From assembly GCF_900083515.1 (NCBI RefSeq), contig NZ_LT671858.1, positions 930,001 through 962,000 of the forward strand: a stretch of 32,000 nt of DNA, read 5' to 3'. The notes under the pieces are model-generated. The model had not been told where the DNA came from. It saw only the letters and a program-made list of their open reading frames with translations, and did no database searches. The DNA comes from Cuniculiplasma divulgatum (lineage in GTDB: Archaea; Thermoplasmatota; Thermoplasmata; Thermoplasmatales; Thermoplasmataceae). The position numbers were made by a program, and so were the translations under genes. Each line of letters opens with the position of its first letter. The first letter of the stretch is position 1. Shown piece by piece: positions 8,495 through 16,739 of this stretch.

Positions 8495-8868
8495 ATGTAA
8501 ATACCACTTCTTTTGTATATTTCAAATCTGTACTAAATAGTACTTCTAATTGCTGTAACTACCCACCATTGTGCAATTGTAGTACTGAGGAAAATGGTGG
8601 AGAATTCCTTATGATAAGCAATCTAAATATGTATATTCAACCAGAGGCAAATGGCAGATAAAAATACAAATAGATTACGAAGGTTCACTAACGGTCTTTT
8701 TTATATATGTATGGAGGTGATAAATTATTTCTGAACACTTATTAGTTTAATATGTAAGTCACTTTTAAGCAACAGCCTGAGACCAAAAGCCATAATTTTT
8801 GACTGATATCCTCACTTTAGATGATACCCCTTCTTTTAACCACGTTTGATTGAAGTATTTATTGTATG

Positions 8869-8915
8869 CATTACAAATGAGAAATAGTTTTCATTCTTAT
8901 TGAGAAGATTAAAAT
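8869..8915 (+). promoter_or_regulatory. Conserved 27-nt element with an imperfect palindrome (AATGAGAAA-tag-TTTTCATT) plus a TATA-like TTAAAATA, 22-29 nt upstream of GTG 8937
   Basis: 8869-8895 is identical to 2939-2965 although the flanks have diverged. The arms aatga/tcatt and gaaa/tttc are complementary. TTAAAATA lies at 8908-8915. The function is inferred, not shown. Confidence 0.3.
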
Positions 8916-8936
8916 AAGAATAAAACATGTTAAATT

Positions 8937-10142
8937 GTGATCTTAAAGGACACACTAAGAAGGATAGTAAATGAACAGAGACAGCAGATAGTTTCGAAAC
9001 AGAACAGTGTAAAGAGAGAGATTCTAGATCAAATACCTCTTGATCTGCATTATGCCATAATCATATCAGGAATAAGGAGAGTGGGAAAAAGCACACTACT
9101 TCAGCAGCTGTTAACTAAATTACCAGACTTTTATTATTTCAATTTTGAGGATTCAAGGCTTATTAATTTTGAGCCTGCAGATTTTGAAAAATTAAATCAG
9201 ATTATGGCTGAAGAGTATGGAACATCTAAATTTTATATATTTGACGAAATCCAGAATATAAAAGGCTGGGAGGTTTTTGTAAGATCAATGTTAGACAATG
9301 GGAAGCAATTTTTTATCACTGGATCTAACGCTTCACTGCTAAGTCGAGAACTTGGAACCAGGTTGACAGGGAGACACATAAATATTGAACTGTTTCCATT
9401 TTCTTTTACGGAATGGTTGAGTTTTTTTAAAAAAGAAAGAGCGCTAAAGACATTTAATGATTACTTTCAAAACGGAGGTTTACCACAGTATCTAAAGTAT
9501 GGCCAGAATTCAATTCTTCAGGAACTTCTTCTTGATGTATTATACAGGGATATAGTTGCCAGGCACAATATAAGAGATGCGAAATCACTTCAGGAGCTCG
9601 CTTTATATCTACTTGGGAACGTGTCAAATGAATTTTCATATAACACTTTGAAGAAACTGTTTAACTTCGGCTCAGTAAACACTCCTATTTCGTATATATC
9701 CTATATGGAGGATAGCTATCTCCTTTTCACAGTACAAAAATTTGATTACTCCTTAAAAAAACAGGCAGTTAATGAAAAAAAGATTTACGCAATTGACAAC
9801 GGTCTTGTCTTATGTAATTCCACATCGCTGTCATCTGAGAAGGGAAGAATGCTAGAAAATCTGGTGTTCATAACACTTCATAGAAAATACCATGACATTT
9901 ACTATTTCAAGGGGAAAAGAGAATGTGATTTTGTTGTAATGGAAAATAAGAAAATCAATATGGTAATTCAGGTGTGTTACGAATTAACAGATGACAATAA
10001 GGATAGAGAGGTAGAAGGTCTTGTGGAGGCCATGTCATTTTTCAAACTTGAGAAAGGGCTCATATTAACTTATAACCAGGAAGATGAGTTTTATGTGGTA
10101 AAGAAGTATGTAGACGTTAAACCCATTTGGAAATGGTTGTAA
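8937..10142 (+). CDS. AAA+ ATPase of the COG1373 family (AAA_14 + DUF4143), 401 aa; paralogue of 3370-4629
   Basis: GTG start. Walker A GIRRVGKSTLLQQ, Walker B IFDEIQNIKGWE, then ITGSNASLL...LTGRHINIELFPFSFTEW, and a C-terminal RECDFVV...IQVCYEL. Confidence 0.9.
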   Translation: MILKDTLRRIVNEQRQQIVSKQNSVKREILDQIPLDLHYAIIISGIRRVGKSTLLQQLLTKLPDFYYFNFEDSRLINFEPADFEKLNQIMAEEYGTSKFYIFDEIQNIKGWEVFVRSMLDNGKQFFITGSNASLLSRELGTRLTGRHINIELFPFSFTEWLSFFKKERALKTFNDYFQNGGLPQYLKYGQNSILQELLLDVLYRDIVARHNIRDAKSLQELALYLLGNVSNEFSYNTLKKLFNFGSVNTPISYISYMEDSYLLFTVQKFDYSLKKQAVNEKKIYAIDNGLVLCNSTSLSSEKGRMLENLVFITLHRKYHDIYYFKGKRECDFVVMENKKINMVIQVCYELTDDNKDREVEGLVEAMSFFKLEKGLILTYNQEDEFYVVKKYVDVKPIWKWL

Positions 10143-11132
10143 TATGGTGAATATCTTACAGTTAATGTATTACTGAGTAAGATAGACAAGTATTGTCATG
10201 CTTAATAATGATGATTAAAATAGATTACAATTACAAAAGACAAAAAGGAGTGTACATATTTTTATCTTTCTCGAGTTAGAAGATTTATATAACGATAATA
10301 GTCAAACAAATGTGATTATAATATTTATAAAATGAAAACTAAAATAGAATAAGATAACCAAAGCATCATACATAATATTCTAATAAACATAAACTAAATT
10401 CTGAATTACCACAAAGGTGATGCCAAGTTGTATTGACTTCAAATTGCCGTAGTAGAGTATAATATTGCAATATCTCAAAAATTGGCACGTATTATAGATA
10501 AACAAAATACTCTATGCTAGCAATGGAATTTCCTTATGTATATTATATATCTTCCAGAGATCTTAATCCGAGTAAGGATAATTCAACCAAAGTAAAAGCT
10601 TTCAGAACATTATAGTTGAGCATAGATCGATAGATAAAAAAATTTCTATACAGCAATTAAGGGATTAGCACTGCTATACTCTATATTTGTAAATATTGAT
10701 ACAGAATAATGTTGTAATACATTTTAGTATGACGGTGTATGTATGATATAAATGTTCGAGACCAATGTAATTAAAATAATCTTCTACTCACTGTAATATT
10801 AGACTGCATTAAACAATTGAATTACATCTGTGCTGCTATTGTCATAAAAACCTCTATCCATCAATCTATTCATACCTATCCTGGTACTGTACATAGAGAA
10901 GGTAACATTTAAGATCATTCTCAATGACTAATATCATTACAGAAATAATTGAATGGTCTTAAATCGTTTTTAAATTTGTCATCAATAATAAACATTACAG
11001 GGATCCTTGTATTTGATCATCTGATAAGAAATTAGTTACCATAAGACAATACTGTAATAACATCAATGTGGCCAAGTAGCAGTTCATTACTCTAACCTGT
11101 ATTTCACTATGTTTTACATCGGTTATACTATC

Positions 11133-11165
11133 TCTCAAAAACGCTGTATAATAATAGTTATACAG
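11133..11165 (-). terminator. Hairpin plus T5 tract downstream of the FkbM methyltransferase gene
   Basis: A perfect 8-bp stem (ctgtataa at 11144-11151, ttatacag at 11158-11165) encloses a 6-nt loop. It lies 27 nt past the stop at 11192. On the minus strand it is followed by cgTTTTTg. Confidence 0.4.
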
Positions 11166-11191
11166 TATTATTTGGAGTAATCACGATTTAA

Positions 11192-12064
11192 TTATTTGCG
11201 ATATGCAGTTAAAATGCCTACTTCTTTCGAATGATCATACCTTACATCAAATCCATGTCTTTTGAGCAAATCTGGTAAAAATTTGATTCCATCATGAAAT
11301 TCAAGAATTATATTATTAATAATTGAAATATCACTCTCTTCTATATTTTGGAATACCTCATATTCACACCCTTCGCAGTCCATCTTTAAAAGATCAACTT
11401 TCGTTAAATTGTATTGGTATATTATATCCTTCAAAGAGATAGAATCTACTAGTATTCTTGAATCGAAATTTATACCAATTCCTTTTACAGTTTTTGATTG
11501 ATTTATAGAGTTAGCATTAGGATTTTTGGAGGAAACGTTCAGATAAACGCTACCCGATTTACTTGAACATGCTGCATTAATTATGTGCACTTTGCTTGTT
11601 AGATTGTTTACCATAACATTATATACAGCTAACTCGTATGATTCTTTCATTGGTTCTAAACCATAAACTTCATTTGCTCCGTTAATAGCAAAATATATGC
11701 AAGAATCTGCTGTTGAGGCTCCAATATCTATTACCATAGAATTTTTAAAGTTTTGTGGGTATGTATTTTTTTCGAAAATCTCGAAAATGTGGCCAAAGTC
11801 AAATCCCTCTCTCAGACGGCACTTAAGTTTAACACCACTCAAATTTTTTAAAACTACAAATGTGTTGTCAAATTCAAGAATTTCCCACTCTAAGCTTAGC
11901 AGATTTATAAGTCCATAGGGATCTTTTACATCATAAAGATTTTGCCCAGTGCGCAAAAAAATTGCTGTCTCCTTGCCTTTAATCATCATAAAAATTATTG
12001 ACACCCAATTTTTAGTGAATTTCCTAATTGAGAGGACAGTTGATACTTTTGATTTAATTGTCAT
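11192..12064 (-). CDS. FkbM-family SAM-dependent methyltransferase (290 aa)
   Basis: SAM-binding VIDIGASTADSCIYFAINGANEVYGLEP and the FkbM-typical LLKMDCEGCEYEVF. Confidence 0.8.
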   Translation of the reverse strand: MTIKSKVSTVLSIRKFTKNWVSIIFMMIKGKETAIFLRTGQNLYDVKDPYGLINLLSLEWEILEFDNTFVVLKNLSGVKLKCRLREGFDFGHIFEIFEKNTYPQNFKNSMVIDIGASTADSCIYFAINGANEVYGLEPMKESYELAVYNVMVNNLTSKVHIINAACSSKSGSVYLNVSSKNPNANSINQSKTVKGIGINFDSRILVDSISLKDIIYQYNLTKVDLLKMDCEGCEYEVFQNIEESDISIINNIILEFHDGIKFLPDLLKRHGFDVRYDHSKEVGILTAYRK

Positions 12065-12315
12065 TAATCTTAAATTATCTGTATTGATATAAACCTTTGT
12101 GAGGAGGCGTTTCTCTACTTTAAGTAATCTGTAAAATTAATTAGTATAATTTTTGTTTCACGTATGGAGGCAATCATTTCATACAATCGCATGGTAATAT
12201 TAAACATTGAGCCTAGAGAAAAGCAAAAAGGGATAACCGAAATAGTAAGTTGTTTAATTGGGAGATCCCCTAATAATTTAACAAAAATTTTACTCAATTA
12301 AAACCTAACCTACCA

Positions 12316-12639
12316 TTATTTACGAAATATGTCCAGATCAATCATCAAATCTGACACCAGTTCTTTCGCTTTTTTCGTTATTTCACTCATGATATCTGCA
12401 CTTTCCATTCTGTAAATCTTTATCCTTGGAAGTATGAGTAGAACATCCCACACACTGTATCTTCCATCTATCATGTTCAGTATTTGAAAGTGAAGATACA
12501 GTGATAGCATATTAAGAAACATGTATGTAAAAAGCATGTGATCATCTCTTAGATATGATCTATCTGCCTCAAGATCGTTCTTGTAAACATTGAATGCGTA
12601 TTCCACGTATTCACGCTGTTTGTACAGTCTGTATTGATG
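12316..12639 (-). pseudogene. C-terminal fragment of an IS4/IS1634-like DDE transposase gene, cut off from its 5' part by the IS3-family insertion
   Basis: The minus-strand frame reads HQYRLYKQREYVEYAFNVYKNDLEADRSYLRDDHML... This is the Y-x2-R-x3-E-x6-K signature block of IS4-superfamily transposases. It stops at 12316. Confidence 0.65.
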
Positions 12640-12751
12640 TGCTCCGTTTATCGTTTGGACACTTATAAGAGAGATAATATACTGTTAAAGGTATATAAGG
12701 GGGAATCCAGAGAGGGTTTTGCAAATCTCCTGCACATTTCCCATGAAATAG

Positions 12752-13033
12752 GTGATGCACATGACTGAGAAATTTACAGTTGAGCAGAAGGAACGGATTG
12801 TAATTGAATCATTTATAGCAACAAACATTGCTGAACTGTGCAGAAGGCATGATGTATCTGTTGCACAGTTCCACAGATTGAAGGAACGCTTCCTTGAAGG
12901 TGGAAGGGAGGGATTTGGAGAATCATCAAAGGGAGATGAATACCAGAAGGAGATTGACGATCTCAAGAGGCTTGTTGGTGATCAGGCACTTGCAATAGAT
13001 GCTTTAAAAAAAAGTCGACATGGGAGGAAATAG
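12752..13033 (+). CDS. IS3-family transposase OrfA (HTH plus leucine-zipper-like region), 93 aa
   Basis: FTVEQKERIVIESFIATNIAELCRRHDVSVAQFHRLKERFLEGGREGF, then a heptad-like EIDDLKRLVGDQALAIDALKK. Confidence 0.85.
   Translation: MMHMTEKFTVEQKERIVIESFIATNIAELCRRHDVSVAQFHRLKERFLEGGREGFGESSKGDEYQKEIDDLKRLVGDQALAIDALKKSRHGRK
13006..13012 (+). promoter_or_regulatory. Programmed -1 ribosomal frameshift heptamer A-AAA-AAA (followed by G) at the orfA/orfB junction
   Basis: An A8 run spans 13006-13013. In the orfA frame the codons are tta aaa aaa agt. The -1 frame (the orfB frame) is open from 13006 through ATG 13036, so an OrfAB fusion is possible. Confidence 0.6.
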
Positions 13034-13035
13034 CC

Positions 13036-13836
13036 ATGGCCATTGAAATTCTCAGGAAAGAAATCCCAGTTGCAAGGATATCAAGGGCGATGCATATCCA
13101 AAGATCATCCAACTACTACAGAAAGACAGAGGGATCAGGAAAGAGGAAGTCAAGGATTTCAGAGAATATGGAAGCTGAGATCATCAGGTTATCAGCAGAT
13201 CGAACAACCTACGGTTACAGGAGAATATGGGCACTTCTTAGGAATTCCGGCATTCATGTGAACATAAAGACTGTCAGATGGATCATGAGAAGAAATAGCC
13301 TTGCACTTCCATATGCAAAGCACAGGAACCGCACCAGAAGAAAGGATCTCACAAAGCCCGAGAACATAAACATTCTCTGGGAAACAGACATCCATTATGT
13401 GAGCACAGTTCATGATGGAATGGTATATCTTATGTCCATCAAGGATTGTTACAGCAAGAAATGGATTTCCTATGAATTTTCAAAAACATGCACAGCAAAG
13501 AACTGCATTAAAGCAGCTGAGAAGGCCTATGCAGACAGGTTTCCCAATGGCGGAATGCACAATATCATTCTTAGAACTGACAATGGACCGCGTTATATAT
13601 CCAGGGAGTTCAGGGAATCCATGAAATTGCTTGGAATAAGATCGGAATACATACAGAAGCACACTCCTGAGGACAATGGAGATATTGAATCGTTCCACAA
13701 TTCACTGAAGACGGATTACATCTGGGTTAACGATCTGAAAACAATTCAGGACGCAGAGAATCTGATGGAATATGCATTTAATGATTATAATAGTGTGAGA
13801 CCACATTCATCCATTGAATATCTTCCACCGGATTAG
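13036..13836 (+). CDS. IS3-family transposase OrfB (rve/DDE integrase core), 266 aa as annotated
   Basis: D in WETDIHYV, D in LRTDNGPRY, and E in PEDNGDIESFH about 35 aa later (the DD(35)E pattern). It is in the -1 frame relative to orfA and ends at TAG 13834-13836. Confidence 0.9.
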   Translation: MAIEILRKEIPVARISRAMHIQRSSNYYRKTEGSGKRKSRISENMEAEIIRLSADRTTYGYRRIWALLRNSGIHVNIKTVRWIMRRNSLALPYAKHRNRTRRKDLTKPENINILWETDIHYVSTVHDGMVYLMSIKDCYSKKWISYEFSKTCTAKNCIKAAEKAYADRFPNGGMHNIILRTDNGPRYISREFRESMKLLGIRSEYIQKHTPEDNGDIESFHNSLKTDYIWVNDLKTIQDAENLMEYAFNDYNSVRPHSSIEYLPPD

Positions 13837-14000
13837 TTTGAAAGGAGACTGATTGAAGATGAAGGCTTCAGGGATAAATTCCTGGAAGAGAGAAAAAGAA
13901 AGGAGGAGAAAAGAATGAAAAACAGAATTGTAAGAAAAAGGAGGTTGAAGGAAAATGTCTCATTGGAAGACGGAATATCTGTCCAAAATTAAGGGGCTCA

Positions 14001-15042
14001 GATCATGTATATTCTCTCAGGTTCCTCCCTGAGATCCGAAAGAAAATATAATTTTCCAAAATTGATCTGGTTTTCATCATACTCTCTTTTGCTTCTCCTG
14101 TTTTTGCTTATTCTGATCAAATAATCCTTCTCCTCTTCACTCTTGAGAACAGGATCCTCAAATATGTAAACATCATCATTCCGTTGCCAGTATTTCACAG
14201 GTTTACCATCATACATGAAAACACCCATGAAATGATCCTGATTTTGTATGATCTTTGAGTTTCTTCTCAGTGGAATGATATAGCTCAGATGTTTCTTCCT
14301 TAATTTCCCTATATTATCTGCAGAGAAGAATCCCTTATCTGCAACAATAACACATCTCTCAACACCAGCCATTTCAATGGTCTTTGACATGGCGGAAACA
14401 TCCCTTATGGATCCTGGAAGTATCCTAACAAAGGTAGGCACCGTTCTTGTTGATGAAAATAGCATCATTATGTTGATCTGTGGTATGTGTATATTCCTTG
14501 AATTATGTCCAGGTTCAAGGAATGATATATTCTCTGATCTTGAGAATATGGCCGTTGAACCCATGAGCATATATTCACCCTTTTCTGTGAGTCTTTTCAT
14601 GACTCTTATACTCTGATCCTCTGGAAGGGATGAAAGCATTCTGGATAATGAATCCGGTGACATGCTTTCATCTATTATCCTGCAGAGATATGTCTTCTCA
14701 TACAGGTAGTGCACAGACTTCATTGGAAGAGGCTGTATGTTTCTTAGGATCACATATGATATGATCCGACCCCACATTGTAGGATATATATCCTTCAGTA
14801 CAAGTATGACTGTCTTCTCTGCTATTCCATATAACAGAGCTATGTTTCCGTATTCATAATCAGATCTAACCATTCCCATGGATCTTGTCTTCACTATACC
14901 ATCATGGGTTACAACTCCAAGATACTGGCCAGTGATCTTGTCAGCCCTTCTTCTTTTCCCTATTCCATCTGCTGGTCATCTCATAGGCATAATAATGATC
15001 TCCAGATTTCCTTATCTCTACACCCTCTTTCTTGTATTTCAT
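14001..15042 (-). pseudogene. N-terminal and central part of the IS4/IS1634-like transposase gene, with a frameshift near 14940-14960
   Basis: One frame reads MKYKKEGVEIRKSGDHYYAYEMTSRWNREKKKG* from ATG 15042. After a shift in the purine run gggaaaagaagaaggg it continues ..KITGQYLGVVTHDGIVKTRSMGMVRSDYEYG.. into ORF 13998-14894. That ORF contains the VIVADKGFFS D-motif. Confidence 0.7.
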
Positions 15043-15311
15043 CACCCAGTCTGGAAGAACAACTATATTACATAGTACAAGTAATATGTATATAGATCTT
15101 TCCTAGTAGTGAATAAATTCAACTACTGTGGTGTTTCATTGAGAATGAGATATGAGAATCTGTTCTTTCTATTACACAAAAAACGAGGAGATAGTGATTA
15201 AACTCTTGAAAACTACAAATCCTCCTATTAATCTGCCAGATATAATGCCAAGAGTAATATCTAAGGAAATTGATGCAAGATTATTTTTAATTATAGTCTT
15301 TTAAGATTTTT

Positions 15312-16304
15312 TTAAGTGCTACCATTTACATTAAAAACATTTTTTTTATTATCCCACTTCCAATTTAGATACGTAAGACCAGCAATACTTCTTACTGCCC
15401 TCAGATTTCCTGTATCGAGTGTACTTCCTATTAAATCGCCGATTTTGTAGTCAATAATCATTGTCCTTGCGTTTTCAATTTTAATCCGGATGGATAGATC
15501 AGTGTCTTCTGCAGCATTTATGAACGTTTCATCATAAATAGATCCACCTACTTTCGATATCCATAGAGAACTAAATATTCCAAAATCCTGAATCTCTAAG
15601 TACTGATAACCATTCTTGAAAAGTTTTGAAAACTTCCCAGATATAGGAGAAATTAAATATCTGATTAAAAACTTTTTATACATTTTTAATGCAGTTCTCC
15701 CACAATTCTTATTCATTATTAAACTATAAACAAAAAATAAAATATTAGGACGTGAAATCTTCTCTGAAGAAGAATGATATTTTGATGGTTGCGTAAATAT
15801 AACGTCGTATTTTTTTTCGTTCAATGCTAAGAGTTGTTCCTGAAGTAGTTTAGCTGTATCAATTTTCACCATATCGTCGTTAGATACAATGATCCATTTT
15901 GGATCATACTCCAGTGATTTCTTAATCCCTACATTGCAGTTATGAGCAAAATTGAAATAATAGTCTTTACCACTTTCAACAAAGACTATATGTAACCCTT
16001 TGAATATGTTTTCCCTGCATTCTCTTGCAAATTTTCCATTGAAATCAATAGTTGGTACTATTACGATAACGTCTTTGTTACCATCAACCTCATGTATATT
16101 TGATACACCTTTTGGTCTCTCATTCATCCACCTTATCAGTTGGTCTCGGTTTTCGAATCCTTCGTAGAATTCGATGATTTTATTAAGTTTATCGCTGCTA
16201 AAGTAATTGTTTCGATAATCTACAATGCTAAAGAATACTCCTTGCTGATTATATTCTACTGGACAGTGAAGAAGACTACTATTAGAGATTTTACTAAACT
16301 TCAT
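15312..16304 (-). CDS. Glycosyltransferase, family-2-like (330 aa)
   Basis: VIVIVPTIDFNGKFARECRENI..., then FNFAHNCNVGIKKSLEYDPKWIIVSNDDM. This is the GT-A pattern with a DxD-type NDD motif. Confidence 0.6.
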   Translation of the reverse strand: MKFSKISNSSLLHCPVEYNQQGVFFSIVDYRNNYFSSDKLNKIIEFYEGFENRDQLIRWMNERPKGVSNIHEVDGNKDVIVIVPTIDFNGKFARECRENIFKGLHIVFVESGKDYYFNFAHNCNVGIKKSLEYDPKWIIVSNDDMVKIDTAKLLQEQLLALNEKKYDVIFTQPSKYHSSSEKISRPNILFFVYSLIMNKNCGRTALKMYKKFLIRYLISPISGKFSKLFKNGYQYLEIQDFGIFSSLWISKVGGSIYDETFINAAEDTDLSIRIKIENARTMIIDYKIGDLIGSTLDTGNLRAVRSIAGLTYLNWKWDNKKNVFNVNGST

Positions 16305-16739
16305 TCTACTACAAGATTTTTAATAACTATAAATAGTTGCATACAGTCAAATTTCGTTAGGATTTTAAATTAGAATAATTTTTTATTCATTTAAATGCAA
16401 TCCATGGATTTTTAAATATAATCTTTTTTGATTTATTATGACTATATGAATGGTAACTTGGTATCGAAAGAAGATTTTTAATTTGAACATTAGATGGTAT
16501 TAAATCAAATTTAATGAAAATGTAATCATTCATTGTGATATATTGCATACGATCCCATGTTAATAGAAAACATTGAACCTTGAGCAAGGCAAAGGTAGAT
16601 TAAACAAATTACCAGTGGGCGAAATGCAAATGGTACAAACTATTATTGTATTTAATATAGAGAGGTCTAAGACTATAAAAAAGAATTTGATATACTGAGT
16701 TAATTATAAAAAGAATCAATACAAGCCAAGAAAATTTGT

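Larger units (their letters stand above)
12640..14000 (+). mobile_element. IS3-family insertion sequence (~1.36 kb) with orfA/orfB and imperfect TG...CA terminal inverted repeats
   Basis: IRL is tgctccgtttatcgtttggacactta and the reverse complement of IRR is tgagccccttaattttggacagatat. About 17 of the first 27 positions match without gaps, including a perfect TTTGGACA core. GAT flanks both sides (12636-12638 and 14001-14003), so the ends are good to about 1 nt. The interior encodes HTH orfA and DDE orfB in the -1 frame. Confidence 0.8.

Noticed and set aside
9454-9639. Short ORFs lying antisense or out of frame inside well-supported genes. These are 5545-5730, 9454-9639, 11697-11918, 12685-12966, 13043-13261, 13192-13413, 13412-13624, 13480-13698, 14377-14616, 14878-15075, 14904-15095, 16140-16373, 18751-18969, 21935-22144, 23440-23670, 24731-24919, 26790-27101, 29571-29774, 30163-30474 and 30991-31197.
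   Set aside because: Each is fully embedded in a longer ORF or pseudogene that has recognisable family motifs. Their compositions are typical of shadow frames in AT-rich DNA, and none has a motif I recognise.
12100-15200. Terminal inverted repeats and target duplication for the outer IS4/IS1634-like element.
   Set aside because: I compared 12180-12320 with the reverse complement of 15043-15200 by eye and found only a 7-nt shared word (gtttaat). That is not enough to define the ends.
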